DNA of 64,000 bases. Origin: an uncultured Clostridia bacterium (lineage in GTDB: Bacteria > Bacillota > Clostridia > TANB77 > CAG-508). Shown here one piece after another: positions 31,193 to 43,100 of this stretch (its first letter is position 1; each line of letters begins with the position of its first letter). A model generated the notes under the pieces. That model was not told the origin of the DNA. It worked only from the letters and a program-made list of their open reading frames with translations, and ran no database searches. A program made the translations under genes and the position numbers. The stretch is from contig CALXRX010000003.1 in the NCBI GenBank assembly GCA_944390975.1, positions 25,115-89,114 of the forward strand, in the 5' to 3' direction.

Positions 31193-31203
31193 ATTCTTCT
31201 CTC

Positions 31204-32076
31204 CTATTCTATATTTTGAACTTGTTCGCGAATATCTTCTAGCTCAGTTTTTATGCCTATTACTAAATTTGTAATTAATAAATTTCCAGACTTTGAACCT
31301 ATTGTATTTGTTTCTCTATTCATTTCTTGAATTAAAAAATCTATTTTTTTGCCTACAGGTGTATCCATGTTTATTAATTCTTTGAATTGAATAATATGGC
31401 TTTTTAATCTTGTAATTTCTTCTTCTACAGAGGATTTATCTGCATAAATTACAATTTCTTGTGCTAGTCTATCTTTATCAACTACTTGTGTATTTAATAA
31501 TTCCTTTATTCTTGTTTCTAATTTTACTACATATTCTTCCACAAGTCTAGTAGAATATGTAGAAATTTCATATACTTTTTCTGAAATATTATCTATACGT
31601 TTTTCTAAATCCTCTTTTATTTTATTTCCTTCTTGTTTTCTCATTTCTATAAAGTTTTTTATTGCATTATCTAAACAAGTATACAATTCTGACCATATTA
31701 ATTCTTCATCCTCTATGTTTTCAATAGATAACACATCTGGAAATTTAAATATTTCTGTAACATTTATATTTTCTTTTATGTCATTTTCATTAGCTATTTT
31801 TTTTAGTTCTTTAATATAAATAGAAGCCATCTCTTTATTAATCTTTATGTTTTTTCCTTCTGTACTGTTGTTATCAAAGCTTATGTAAATATCTACTTTT
31901 CCTCTGCTTATTTTAGATGATATCTCTTTTTTTACTTTTTCTTCTAAATAACTAATAGTTTTTGGCATCTTTACAGTAATATCATTATATCTATGATTAA
32001 CTGATTTTATTTCTATATTATATGTTCTATTATCTTTTTCTAATCTTTCTCTACCAAAACCAGTCATACTTTTCAT
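31204..32076 (-). CDS. YicC-family stress-induced protein
   Basis: MTGFGR N-terminus and C-terminal [12 protein letters not shown] motif. Confidence 0.85.
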   Translation of the reverse strand: MKSMTGFGRERLEKDNRTYNIEIKSVNHRYNDITVKMPKTISYLEEKVKKEISSKISRGKVDIYISFDNNSTEGKNIKINKEMASIYIKELKKIANENDIKENINVTEIFKFPDVLSIENIEDEELIWSELYTCLDNAIKNFIEMRKQEGNKIKEDLEKRIDNISEKVYEISTYSTRLVEEYVVKLETRIKELLNTQVVDKDRLAQEIVIYADKSSVEEEITRLKSHIIQFKELINMDTPVGKKIDFLIQEMNRETNTIGSKSGNLLITNLVIGIKTELEDIREQVQNIE

Positions 32077-32092
32077 TTAACTAACACTTCCT

Positions 32093-32644
32093 CTATTTTT
32101 TTATAATTTCGTTTATATCATTTATACTTTCAAAATACTTCTTCTGCATTTTTACTTGTAAAATAATCGCTTTTGCCACATAGTAAATTGAAAACAAGTA
32201 TGAAATTGATGCTACTATTAAATGAAAATCTCTAAAGTATATACTGTATAGATATATTGAGAACAACGTAAATATTGCTAAAACTAGGCACTCGATTCCA
32301 TGTATACATACATTTGCATTTTCTTTTTTATAACTATATTCAAATAATATAATTGTAAATATAATAAGTCCTATACTAAATACTTTTAAATCAGTTATAA
32401 ACACTGATGTTTCTATATTTAATGATCCTAGTGTTATTAAATATAGAAATGCCATTATTAAATCGGCTATTAAAATATTTTCAAAAACTCTTTTATTAAT
32501 CTTATTTTTTTCTTCTTTTGGTAAATCTTTTTTATTTACCATTTCTTCCATATTTTTAATATTTTCTTTTAATTCTGCTTCATTTATGCTAGTATTTCTT
32601 GCTTGTTTTTTAGCAACATTATTATTTTTCTTATCACTTTTCAT
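32093..32644 (-). CDS. Hypothetical membrane protein
   Basis: 183 aa, basic N-terminus and 4 TM helices. Confidence 0.4.
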   Translation of the reverse strand: MKSDKKNNNVAKKQARNTSINEAELKENIKNMEEMVNKKDLPKEEKNKINKRVFENILIADLIMAFLYLITLGSLNIETSVFITDLKVFSIGLIIFTIILFEYSYKKENANVCIHGIECLVLAIFTLFSIYLYSIYFRDFHLIVASISYLFSIYYVAKAIILQVKMQKKYFESINDINEIIKK

Positions 32645-32674
32645 AATAATTTATTCCTTTCTTTTTATCTTCAA

Positions 32675-33424
32675 TTATCCCATTTCATCAAATTGATACA
32701 TAATTATGCTAGAAAGCACAATTGGTGCTGTTTCTGTTCTTAAAATTCTTTTTCCTAAGCTAACGATTTTTACGTTTTTACTTTCTAATTCAGTAATTTC
32801 TTCTTTTGATATTCCTCCTTCTGGGCCTATTATAATTGCTATTTTTAAATTTTCTTTTTTATTTACTTTATTTAAAATAGATTTTATTCCGTTCTCTTTT
32901 TCTTCTTCATAAGCTACTAATACTATATCATAATTTGTTAATTTTTCATATATATTTTTTATATTAACTGGTAAATTTATAATTGGGATTTTATCTCTTT
33001 TACTTTGTTTTGCTGCTACTTCTGCAATTTTTTGCCATCTTTGTATCTTTTTTGTAGTATTCGTATTATCTATTTTTGTAACACATCTTTGCATAATTAT
33101 AGGTGTTATTTCACTTACTCCAATTTCTGTAGTTTTTTGAATTATTGCCTCCATTTTTTCAGCTTTAGGTATCCCTTGAAAAATATGTAGATATAATCCT
33201 GCTTCTTTTTTATCTTCTATTTTCTGTATAATCTTACATCTTACATAATCTTTATTTAATTCTATAATTTCGCATAAATAGTTATCACTATTATTTATAT
33301 TACAAATTTCTATTTTATCTTTTGTTTTCATTCTTAGAACATTTTTTATATGTTTTACATCATCTTCTATAATATCAATAGTTTTATCTTCTATCTGATT
33401 TTGTGTTACAAAGAATTTGTTCAT
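32675..33424 (-). CDS. rsmE: 16S rRNA (uracil1498-N3)-methyltransferase
   Basis: 249 aa, RsmE-type C-terminus IIGPEGGISKEEI...LGKRILRTETA. Confidence 0.85.
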   Translation of the reverse strand: MNKFFVTQNQIEDKTIDIIEDDVKHIKNVLRMKTKDKIEICNINNSDNYLCEIIELNKDYVRCKIIQKIEDKKEAGLYLHIFQGIPKAEKMEAIIQKTTEIGVSEITPIIMQRCVTKIDNTNTTKKIQRWQKIAEVAAKQSKRDKIPIINLPVNIKNIYEKLTNYDIVLVAYEEEKENGIKSILNKVNKKENLKIAIIIGPEGGISKEEITELESKNVKIVSLGKRILRTETAPIVLSSIIMYQFDEMG

Positions 33425-33493
33425 TTTTTATCACCTATACGAATTATATCAAAAACAAAAGAAAGAGTAAATAGTTACCCTTTCTTTTATTAA

Positions 33494-34375
33494 TTATGCT
33501 CTTGGATGTGCATGTTTATATATATCTTTTATACTTTCATCTTGAAATTGCATGTATACTTGAGTTGATGATATATCTGAATGTCCTAACATTATTTGTA
33601 TAGATTTTAAATCTGCTCCATTTTGCAAAAGATGGGTTGCAAACGAATGTCTTAATACATGTGGTGTAATGTCCTTTGTTATATGTGCTTGCTCTTTATA
33701 ATATTTTACTATTTTCCAAAAACCTTGTCTTGTTAATCTTTTTCCATTTGTATTAACAAATAAAGCTTTTACATTTTCATCTTTTATTAGTATTGGTCTT
33801 GTGTTTTCAATATAGTCAGCTAATGCTCTTAAAGAAAGTGAGCCTAATGGTATATGTCTTTGTCTTGTTCTTGTTTTACATGTTACTAATCCGTCTTTTA
33901 AATTTATATCTTCTATATTTAGTTCTATAATTTCTGATACTCTCATTCCTGTAGCATATGCAAATTCTAACATTGCTTTATCTCTAATTCCTTTTAAATC
34001 AACATCTTTTGGTTGATTTAATAGTAGTTCTACTTCTGATGATGTTAGAACTGTAGGTGATCTTTTTTCTACTTTTGGAGATTGTATTTTTTCAGTAGGA
34101 TCTTTTTTTATTTTTTTGCAACGTACTAAGTATTGATAAAATGATCTTATTGAAGCAACATTTCTAGATATTGTAGATGTTTTTTTACCTATTGTTTGTA
34201 AATGTATAAAATATCTTTTCATGTCTTCTGGTGTTGCTTTTAAATAATTTATTTTTTCAGAATCCATATATTCTTCTAATTGTACAAGATCTCTTTTGTA
34301 AGATTGTAATGTGTTATCTGATAATTTTTTATCATCCCTTATAAAGCTTAAAAAATTGCTGATTTGTTTTTCCAT
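33494..34375 (-). CDS. xerD: Tyrosine site-specific recombinase XerD
   Basis: R..HxxR..Y catalytic pattern (ATGMRVSE, HVLRHSFATHLL, LGHSDISSTQVY). Housekeeping context next to spoIIM. Confidence 0.8.
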   Translation of the reverse strand: MEKQISNFLSFIRDDKKLSDNTLQSYKRDLVQLEEYMDSEKINYLKATPEDMKRYFIHLQTIGKKTSTISRNVASIRSFYQYLVRCKKIKKDPTEKIQSPKVEKRSPTVLTSSEVELLLNQPKDVDLKGIRDKAMLEFAYATGMRVSEIIELNIEDINLKDGLVTCKTRTRQRHIPLGSLSLRALADYIENTRPILIKDENVKALFVNTNGKRLTRQGFWKIVKYYKEQAHITKDITPHVLRHSFATHLLQNGADLKSIQIMLGHSDISSTQVYMQFQDESIKDIYKHAHPRA

Positions 34376-34481
34376 TAATATTCCCCTACCTTCAATTTAT
34401 TTTATAATTATTTTACAATTAACATAAACAATTATGTTATATCAAAATAATTGTAAAATGTAAAGAGATTTTTTAAATTTT

Positions 34482-35130
34482 TTATAAATATTTTGCACAT
34501 ATTTGTAATAAATTTGTAGAGCCATATACTTCTATAAATGCTGAAAGTTCTAAAACTAGTAATATAAACACGCAAAATATTGTATGTCTTGTTATTTCTG
34601 CTTTTATTGTTTCTTTCTTTTTATCTCTTACAATTGATTTATATAATTTTATTCCACTAACAGCTAAACCTAATATACATGGAATAAAAAATATATTTTG
34701 AAGTAATAAAGATGTTAGTGTAAATAAGATTCCACTTCCGTGTACCTAATGTAGCAATACTAGATGATATTGTATACCCTAAGCAAAATCCTCTATATGC
34801 AATTATACCATATACAATTGGTATTCCTATCACTGTAGATCCAACAAACCATAGGCTTAGTGCTAATAAAAAGTTAGAGATTAATGTATCTTTTAATAGT
34901 CCAGCTTTATCAATTTCTATGTTATTTTTTAAACTATCTACAAAATTATTAATATATGAAGTTATTTCATCTATTTGTGTTTTTCCTGCATTATTTATAA
35001 AAATAATCCCAAATATTAATCCTATTAAAAAAATTATTGTAATAATTGTATATTCTTTTAAATTGTTTTTTATATAGGTTAGTATTATATTTTTTATTTT
35101 GCTATTCTTTCTTCTTCCTGTGTTTCTCAA
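34482..35130 (-). CDS. spoIIM: Stage II sporulation protein M. The frame breaks at in-frame CGG 34740..34738 and continues in the +1 frame to stop 34484..34482.
   Basis: The 0-frame gives ...SSIATLGTRKWN then junk. The +1 frame gives G-SGILFTLTSLLLQNIFFIPCILGLAVSGIKLY..., restoring a roughly 215-aa SpoIIM-like membrane protein. Confidence 0.7.
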
Positions 35131-35263
35131 AAATTATTACCTCCTCATAAAGTACCTTTTTTCTTATACATAATGTCTATGTAATAATTTTATTTTTAGA
35201 ACTATAATATAAGAGATAAAACAAAATATTTTTTATACTTTTGTTTTATCTCTTAATTTACAA

Positions 35264-36457
35264 CTATTTAGTTGTTACCTTGCCGTATACTCCTCCGCCA
35301 CCTGCTTGTATTCCTAATTTTCCTTCTCTTGCTAAAATAATATTACTTGCATTTTTTTCTCCGACAACTTGCTCAATATCATCTTTTGAAAGTTTATGTA
35401 GTATATTCATTTCTGTTTCAAAGTTGTTTAATAATTTGTCAATTGTTTTTCCTCCTAGTCCAGGTATAAAAGTAAGCGGAACTTGATATATATATGGCGG
35501 TCTATCTTCTGGACTTTTGCTTTCTTTTTTATCTTTTATTATTTCTATTCTATCAAACACGCCCATTGTAATATTTCTACTATCACAATCTGGACAAGTA
35601 GTTACTGGAGCATCTCCCGGAATATTTTTTTGACAAATTTCACAATAAGTTCTGTGGTATTTTCCAAGTTTTGGATCTAATCCGTAATTACATATTATTT
35701 TTCTTCCATCTTCTTTTTTTAATGCTTTTAAAATTTCTTTAAAACTAATATCTTCTACTAATATTTTATTATATTCTCTTGCAATTTTTGGTAAGGAATG
35801 TGCATCTGAATTTGTTAAAAAAGTTTTTGTTTCTAGTTCGGAAATTTCATCTGCTAAAAATGTGTCTGAACTTAGTCCAAGTTCTATGGCTGGAATTTTA
35901 CTAAATTTTTCTTTAAATATTTTTTCTAATCTGTCTGTACAATTCCCATAAAAACTTTTGTGTGGCGTAAATGCATGAGCTGGTATTAGTATTCCATTAT
36001 ATTTTTCTACAATGTCAATTAAATAATATGCTGATATATCTGCTCTTTGAGAACTTAGTGTAATATTACTTATATGGTGACTCATTTCATTAGAAAAGCT
36101 TTTTATGTCTTTTAAACTTGGAAAGAAACATATATTATGAGCACTTCCAGTTTTTCCTGCTTCATTTGTTTCTGATGTTTCAATCTCACTTCCTAAAAGT
36201 ATACAAACTTTATCTTTGTATATAATTCCTCCATCAGGTATTTCATATGCTTCTCCATTTCTTAAAAATTCTCCTATATCTTCTATTACATATGGTGAAG
36301 CACAATCTATTATACCTACTACATTTATTCCTTTTCTTTCTACACATTCTTTTGCTATATTTTCAAAATTTAAACTTCTTGCTGCTGTTATTTTTATTGG
36401 TTTATTTGATTTACTTCTTCCTATATGTACATGTAAATCTGCAAATATTTCGTACAT
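35264..36457 (-). CDS. PHP-domain / endonuclease Q-family protein (TIGR00375-like)
   Basis: N-terminal ADLHVHIG PHP motif and a CxxC...CxxC zinc ribbon (CEICQK...CPDCDS). Confidence 0.6.
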   Translation of the reverse strand: MYEIFADLHVHIGRSKSNKPIKITAARSLNFENIAKECVERKGINVVGIIDCASPYVIEDIGEFLRNGEAYEIPDGGIIYKDKVCILLGSEIETSETNEAGKTGSAHNICFFPSLKDIKSFSNEMSHHISNITLSSQRADISAYYLIDIVEKYNGILIPAHAFTPHKSFYGNCTDRLEKIFKEKFSKIPAIELGLSSDTFLADEISELETKTFLTNSDAHSLPKIAREYNKILVEDISFKEILKALKKEDGRKIICNYGLDPKLGKYHRTYCEICQKNIPGDAPVTTCPDCDSRNITMGVFDRIEIIKDKKESKSPEDRPPYIYQVPLTFIPGLGGKTIDKLLNNFETEMNILHKLSKDDIEQVVGEKNASNIILAREGKLGIQAGGGGVYGKVTTK

Positions 36458-36514
36458 TTATTACTCCCTTCTATATAAATAGAGGATTCATATAATCCTC
36501 TATTTATTATAATA

Positions 36515-36751
36515 CTATCTATCTAATTCTTCATCTTCTACTTCTATCACATACTCTATTTTTTCATCTTTTTCATATCCTGCATCTTCTTCTATTCCTT
36601 TTTCTTTTGCACGTTGGCTCTCTAAAAGTTTTACACTTTTAATTACCTCCTCTTCAGGCATTCGTCTAAATTCTTCTTTGTCTTCTGTAAGTTTATGTCC
36701 TTTTCCTCCTACATGCTTTTCATAATATCCTTGTTCTGTATGGAATCCCAT
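36515..36751 (-). CDS. Small acidic hypothetical protein
   Basis: 78-aa ORF. Confidence 0.35.
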   Translation of the reverse strand: MGFHTEQGYYEKHVGGKGHKLTEDKEEFRRMPEEEVIKSVKLLESQRAKEKGIEEDAGYEKDEKIEYVIEVEDEELDR

Positions 36752-36766
36752 TTTTATCCCTCCATT

Positions 36767-37306
36767 TTACATTGGTATTTCTTCTGTAATACACACAAAT
36801 TCTTTAAATTTTTGCAAATAAATATTATCTTTGTCTCTCATATTTCTGTGTTCTAATAATACTAGTGCTTCGTCTACAGGAAAACCTGGCCTTTCCGGTC
36901 TATCAAGAAGCATTCCCCCAAAATTATCTACTAATTCTAATATATCGCTTTCTTTTTCTCTTGGAGTGCTTCCACTATATCTGTTTACTTCTTCACAAAT
37001 TTTACAAAATCTTTTATCAAATCCTAATGTTGCTAAATATTCTGCTCCTTCTTTTGCATATCCTTTTATTTTTGATAAATCTTGAGGATTAGATGGTTTT
37101 TTACATGCACATAACAATGCTGCTGTTAACACTAAATTTCTATCAATATCTATTTTCATATCATCTATGAACATTCTTGCAATCTCTGCTTTAAATACTA
37201 CTGAATTACCAAAAAAAATACCTGTTCTTTTACTTAGATAATACACTATTTCTATCTTTTTGATAAAATCCTCTTCAGACAATATGTAATCTGCAAATGT
37301 TTCCAT
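36767..37306 (-). CDS. Hypothetical protein (possible HD-like phosphohydrolase fold)
   Basis: The start is set at METFADY, preceded by an AAGGAGG RBS. The ORF-track start at 37384 lacks an RBS. Confidence 0.4.
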   Translation of the reverse strand: METFADYILSEEDFIKKIEIVYYLSKRTGIFFGNSVVFKAEIARMFIDDMKIDIDRNLVLTAALLCACKKPSNPQDLSKIKGYAKEGAEYLATLGFDKRFCKICEEVNRYSGSTPREKESDILELVDNFGGMLLDRPERPGFPVDEALVLLEHRNMRDKDNIYLQKFKEFVCITEEIPM

Positions 37307-37424
37307 TTTTATCCTCCTTATCGTTAGTTCGCATATTATTTTTTCAATTTTATTATATTCTAAAAAAATAAACAATTCAAGCATGTTACGAAAATGTAAT
37401 AATCTTGTAACATGCTTGAATTAT

Positions 37425-38006
37425 TTATTTTAATTTTATTTTTTCTATTTCTTTTTCTAATTCTTTAATACTTGCATCATTATAAATTATATAATCTGCT
37501 TTTTCTTTTATATATTCATTGTTTTTTTGAATATTTAGCCTCTTTTTAGCTAAATCCTCATCAATATTGTCACGATTACATATTCTTTCTATTTTGCTTT
37601 CATCTTTTGCAATTACACCTATTACTAAATCGCATACTTGGTCTAAGTTACTTTCAAATAATAATGGTGCATCAATAACTATTAATTCTTTATCTTTTAA
37701 TTTATTAATATTGTTTTTTATTTCTCTTACAACATAATTAAATGTTAATTCATTTAATCCATTTCTTTTCTCTTCATTTTCATAAATTAAATTTGCTAAC
37801 TCTTTTCTTTTTAATTCTCCTCTGTTATCAATTATGTCATGTCCAAAATACTCTACTATTGATTGCAAATACATAGTGCCTTTTTTAGATAATTTTTTTG
37901 CAATTTTATCTGCATCAATTATATGTGCTGCATATTTTTCTTTTAGAATATTACATACTGTAGTTTTTCCCGCTCCTGAATTTCCTGCAACTCCTATTAT
38001 TTTCAT
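37425..38006 (-). CDS. coaE: Dephospho-CoA kinase
   Basis: IGVAGNSGAGKTT P-loop, 193 aa. Confidence 0.85.
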   Translation of the reverse strand: MKIIGVAGNSGAGKTTVCNILKEKYAAHIIDADKIAKKLSKKGTMYLQSIVEYFGHDIIDNRGELKRKELANLIYENEEKRNGLNELTFNYVVREIKNNINKLKDKELIVIDAPLLFESNLDQVCDLVIGVIAKDESKIERICNRDNIDEDLAKKRLNIQKNNEYIKEKADYIIYNDASIKELEKEIEKIKLK

Positions 38007-38106
38007 TTTGAATCATCCCTTTCTATGTAAATTCCACAATATTTCTTTACACTAAAATTATACCATATTTTTACATAGATGGATATAGTTATTCTATTTT
38101 TTATTA

Positions 38107-38574
38107 TTATTTTAAAGTAGGCCGGGTTGCCTTCCTTGCTAATTCGTCACATCTATTGTTATATTTATTATCCGCATGCCCTTTCACTTTTATAAATTCT
38201 ACATTATGAATTTTAGTTAATGAATACAATTCTTCCCATAGTTCTTTATTTTTTACTGGCTCTTTATTTGAATTTTTCCAACCATTTTTCATCCATCCAT
38301 AAATCCACTTTTGATTAAATGCATTTACAACATATGCACTATCACTATATAATTTTACATTACATTTAAACTTTAACATTTTTAATGCTTCAATTACTGC
38401 AGTAAGTTCCATAACATTATTTGTTGTATCTTTTTTGCCACCACATATTTCTTTCATTTTATCTTTATACATTAATATGCTTCCCCATCCTCCTGGGCCA
38501 GGATTTCCTGAACATGCTCCATCTGTATATATAATTACTTCTTCCATTTTTTCCTCCATTTTATTATTTATCAT
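38107..38574 (-). CDS. rnhA: Ribonuclease HI. It has an in-frame CGG (38124..38122) five codons before the stop.
   Basis: [17 protein letters not shown]...TNNVMEL...DSAYV...[14 protein letters not shown]. Confidence 0.85.
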   Translation of the reverse strand: MINNKMEEKMEEVIIYTDGACSGNPGPGGWGSILMYKDKMKEICGGKKDTTNNVMELTAVIEALKMLKFKCNVKLYSDSAYVVNAFNQKWIYGWMKNGWKNSNKEPVKNKELWEELYSLTKIHNVEFIKVKGHADNKYNNRCDELARKATRPTLK

Positions 38575-38645
38575 TTGATAAATATATTATTTTATGATAT
38601 TATAACAATAAGTTGTTTTATTTTGCAATATTGGAGGATAAATTT

Positions 38646-39882
38646 ATGAATAGAGTACTTGGTATTATTGCTGAATATAATCCATTTCACAATGGCCATT
38701 TATATCATATTAATGAATCAAAAAAGGCTGTAAATGCCGACTATACTATTGCAATTATTAGTGGTAATTTTGTACAACGTGGTGATACTTCTTTAATTGA
38801 TAAATGGTCAAAGGCAGAAATGGCTTTAAAAAACGGAGTAGATTTAGTAATTGAATTACCCCTTTTATATAGCATATCAAGTGCCGAAAATTTTGCTGAA
38901 GGTAGTATTAAAATATTAAATTCTTTAAATATTGTTGATTATCTTTCTTTTGGAAGTGAACTTTGCGATGTTAATATTTTAAATGAATTTGCAAATGTTT
39001 TATACTATGAGCCAAAAGAGTTCGTTTCTATTCTTAATCATGAATTAAGCAAAGGTTTTTCTTTTCCAAAAGCACGAGAAAATGCCTTATTACTATATTT
39101 AAATGATATACGAAAATATGCTAACATTTTATCAAGCCCTAATAATATATTGGCAATAGAATATTTAAAGGCTCTTAAAAAGTTTAAAAGCCCAATTGTT
39201 CCAGTTAGTATATATAGGAAAAAAGTAGATTATAACAGCACAAAAGTTGTTGATAATTTTGCTAGTGCCACTGCTATAAGAAAAATTGCTATGACTAATG
39301 ATGTATGGAGTTTAAGGCAAGTAATGCCAAAGTCTTCTTTTGATATAATGTATGATTGTTTGAGGTCTCGGAAAAGTAGTTGCTAGTTTATCTAAGTTTG
39401 AACGCGAAATTATATACAATTTAAGAAAAATGTCACTTTCAGAAATAGCTGATTTACCTGATGTTTCAGAAGGATTAGAATATTCTATTAAAAATGCTGC
39501 TAATTCTTGTAACACAATTAATGAATTATTAAATATAATTAAAAGTAAGCGCTATACTACAACCAGACTAAAAAGGATTTTAGTTTATTGCTTACTAGGT
39601 ATTACAAAAAAAGACATACAAAACTCAAGAAAGACCATTCCATATATTCGCATTCTTGGTGCTAATGAAAAAGGAAAACAATTAATCTCTGGAATTAGTC
39701 ATTCTAATCCAAAACTTGATATTATTACTTCTGTAAAAAAGTATTTAGATAATTCTAATAACAAGCTACTAAAAAGTATGTTAGAAAAAGATATTTTTGC
39801 AACAAATATTTACACACTTGGCTATGATTATGACTCTTTTAGTAATTTGGACTATACACGTGGAGTTATTAGTTTGCAATAA
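38646..39882 (+). CDS. tmcAL: tRNA(Met) cytidine acetate ligase (YlbM/UPF0348 family). The frame breaks at in-frame CGG 39369..39371 and continues in the +1 frame.
   Basis: GIIAEYNPFHNGHLYH N-terminus. The 0-frame ends ...CLRSRKSSC*. The +1 frame gives G-KVVASLSKFEREIIYNLRKMSLSEIADLPDVSEGLEY..., joining ORF 39430..39882 in the same frame. Confidence 0.7.
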
Positions 39883-39954
39883 AAAAGAGCTTTTGAGGAG
39901 ATTTTCACCTCTTAATAGTTCTTTTTTATTATATGCCTCCCTTAGTTCTGGTGT

Positions 39955-40122
39955 ATTGTGGTATCATCTAAAATAGCACAATTCTAAAACTGTATGATTA
40001 TATTTCAGATCATCTAATAAGTTTTATTACTATCTAAAATAACGCAATTCTAAAACGTTACATTTGCTCCATAAATATTTGTATTTGTTTTATTACTATC
40101 TAAAATAACACAATTCTAAAAC
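39955..40122 (-). CRISPR. Mini CRISPR array with three 36-nt repeats and two 30-nt spacers
   Basis: Repeats at 40087..40122 and 40021..40056 differ by 1 nt. A degenerate repeat lies at 39955..39990. In cas9 sense the repeat reads GTTTTAGAATTGCGTTATTTTAGATAGTAATAAAAC. Spacers are at 40057..40086 and 39991..40020. Confidence 0.85.
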
Positions 40123-43100
40123 GCCCATTTTACTTTATACCTTCTTTCGTACATACCTGTAACAGATTTGTCTACAAATATCATATTTAATAATTTTTCT
40201 GTTCTGAAATTTTGTCCGCTTTTTCTTCCCTCTCTTTCTGTCAATCCAATTTTCTTCAAATTTCCTTGTCCTGTTTCCATTAAATCTATTAATCCATTAA
40301 TTACTGCTGTCTTTTCTTGGTCACTTATTTCTTCAAATTTTGTATATTGATTCATTAGTTTTATATAAACTGCAGAAAATATTTTATATTCTTTATCTAA
40401 TTTGTCTAGCAAGTAATCAAAAACATATTTATACCCTTCTTCATTCAATTTTTCCTTTTGTTCATCTGTAATTTTATTTTCTTCTAAGTTCATGATATAT
40501 ACTAATTCAGAAACTTTTCTATTTACAATTAATTCTTTATTAGCTCTTATTTCAGAATCACTACATAGTCTCATTGGCTCATTTTTATCATCTATATATT
40601 CTTGATTCATTAAAATTTTATTTCTAATTATTTTGAAATCCTTATAAATTTTATCTTTTAACTCTGTATCCTTTATATAATTTTCTAATGTTTTCTTTCC
40701 CGCTTTTATTTCATATGATACTTGTATTGGAATACCTATTAATTGGTATTCTTTTTCATTTTTACTATTTATATACCCATATATAGCACAATATGCTTTT
40801 TGTTCTCCAGAATATCCACCATATTTTTGGGCATTTTTATCTTTCTTTAAAGCAATCAACTTGCTCTTGTTTGCTTTTGGACTATATAATGTTTGATCAT
40901 AGAAAGCTCCAGTTCCTTCTTCTAACATTCTGCTTATGTAGCAATCCTTGTATTCCATTACTTTTTTAACTTTATCTATATCTATTGATTTATTAAGCAT
41001 TCCCAATATAATGCCATTTTTTTCAAATTTGCTTTTTTCTTCTTTTAAATAACGTTTAACATATTCACTATATTTAAACTCTTCTGTTCCTCTCCATTCT
41101 TTTCTTATTGTATTTCCTATAAGATTTAAAATATAGGCATCTTGGGCATGGTGATAATTGTTAATATTTCTATTTTTATAAATTTCATATTTAACTCTAA
41201 AATTATGTGTTAACTCTCCTCTTATCGCATAAAAATCAGTATTTTCATATTCATTTTTCAACAAATTTGTTACATATTTTATTATTTGTCTTGTCTCTAC
41301 TAATTGTCTTTGTACAAATCGCTCTCTATCAGCATTTGTTTCAAACATTTTTCTTCTTATTAATTTATAATATTTAGTTTGACTAATTAATCCATTATCT
41401 AGTAAACTTTTCCACCATTCCATTCTTCCACTTATAATCTCATCTGATAATAATAAACTATCTTTCTTCCTTTGATTTTCTTGTTTTAACACTAAAGCTT
41501 TATTATCAATACTATCATCCTTTATGTAAGATTGTGGTAAAATATGGTCCACTTCATATTTGTTTAATTCATCAATATTTAATGGCATTCCAGAATACAA
41601 ACATTTTCCATTTTGAATATAATACAAATACATTTTTTCAGTTAGAGTTTTTTCATTCTGATTTTTCTTAAGTTCTAAATATACTTTATGGTCATAATTC
41701 TTTAATTCTTTTATTTGTTTTTCTATTTCTTCATATTTTTTCAGTAATTGCCTTTGTCTTGCATCTTTCATCTGTTTTTTTACATCTTCTGCCCTGGCAA
41801 ATTCAATATATACATTTTGTGGCTCATTTTTCATTACTTTTACAATTTCTTTTACTACGCATATTGACTGCCATATTGCTCTTTTATTGGCTGGTGATGT
41901 AGGAATTTCTGCAACATCGCTATATTCTATCTTTTTAGTTTTGTTTGGTAATAACTCCTCTATTTTTTTATTAAAGCCATATTCTTTGTTATTTATAATT
42001 TGCATAAAATTCAATGATGTTTTTTCTAATTTTTCCATTATACTTTCTTCATCATATGACTTTATTCCCGTTAATAATTTTTTAGATAAGCGTGACCAAC
42101 CAGTATATTTCAATTGTATTAGTTTTCTAATTTGTTCTTCTGAAATTTCTGGATATTCTTTTCTTATTTTTCTTTTTAGTATTTTCTTTTCTTCAAAAAT
42201 AGTAATCCAATAAATTAAATTTTCACATTTTTTATAATTATCTTCATCAACTTCTCCAAAAATTTTTATCATATCTATGTATGATGACATATTAGACATG
42301 AAATTTTCTCCATCTTGTAATCCTTCAATACTTTTTACTGTTCTTCCTTCTAGTTTATAAAAATCTATCAATGATTTTTTAGTTACTTTTTTCTTTTGTT
42401 TAAAAACATTGTCTATTATTGCTTTTTTTGTATTTTTTCCTATATGCTCTCCATCTACTCTTATATTATTTAACTCATTTAATACACAAAATTTAGAATA
42501 TAATAAAGACTGTTTTGGAATAACATTTTCATTTAATAAATATGTACATTTATTAGTCATCCTTTTTATGAATTCTTCTGCTGTAGCATCTTCATCCACC
42601 ACTTCTTCAAAATTCCATGGTCTTATTGGCTCATTACTTTTTCTAATTATCCATGACCATTTTCCATTTTCTTTTGATAGCGGACCAACATAATATGGTA
42701 TTCTAAAATAGAACAATTTTAATATATTTTCCTTGTTTTCTTTTAAAGTTGTATAGTATTTAGATTGATTTTCTAATATTTTTTCTAGTTCTTTTTGGTG
42801 TAACTGATGTGGTATTGCTCCATTTTCTGTTACATTTAACTTTCTTAAAAAGTTATTTTCTTCTAAATCTTTTTTTATTTTTTCCTTTTCAGTACAGTCA
42901 TCAGGTAATGTGTCTATTTTTTTCTTTAAATTTGTAAAAAAATCTTCTGGAGTACATTTTTTATATGTCTTTCCTGAACTTTTTCCTTCATATGCTACAT
43001 AGTTATTGTTATCAAATTTTCTAAACATATTTTTATAATCTTCGGAAAAATATTCTTTATATACTTTTTTTAGAATTTTTAAGTCTTTTGCATATTTTTC

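Noticed and set aside
33494-34375. Tyrosine recombinase as a marker of a mobile element
   Set aside because: It has typical XerD length and motifs, is embedded in conserved housekeeping and sporulation synteny (rsmE, spoIIM), and has no flanking repeats or cargo.
40021-40122. Repeat-internal promoters driving each crRNA (type II-C style)
   Set aside because: The repeat has TTGCGT and TAATAA/TAGTAA-like hexamers, but they are only about 12 nt apart. No convincing extended -10 element is present.
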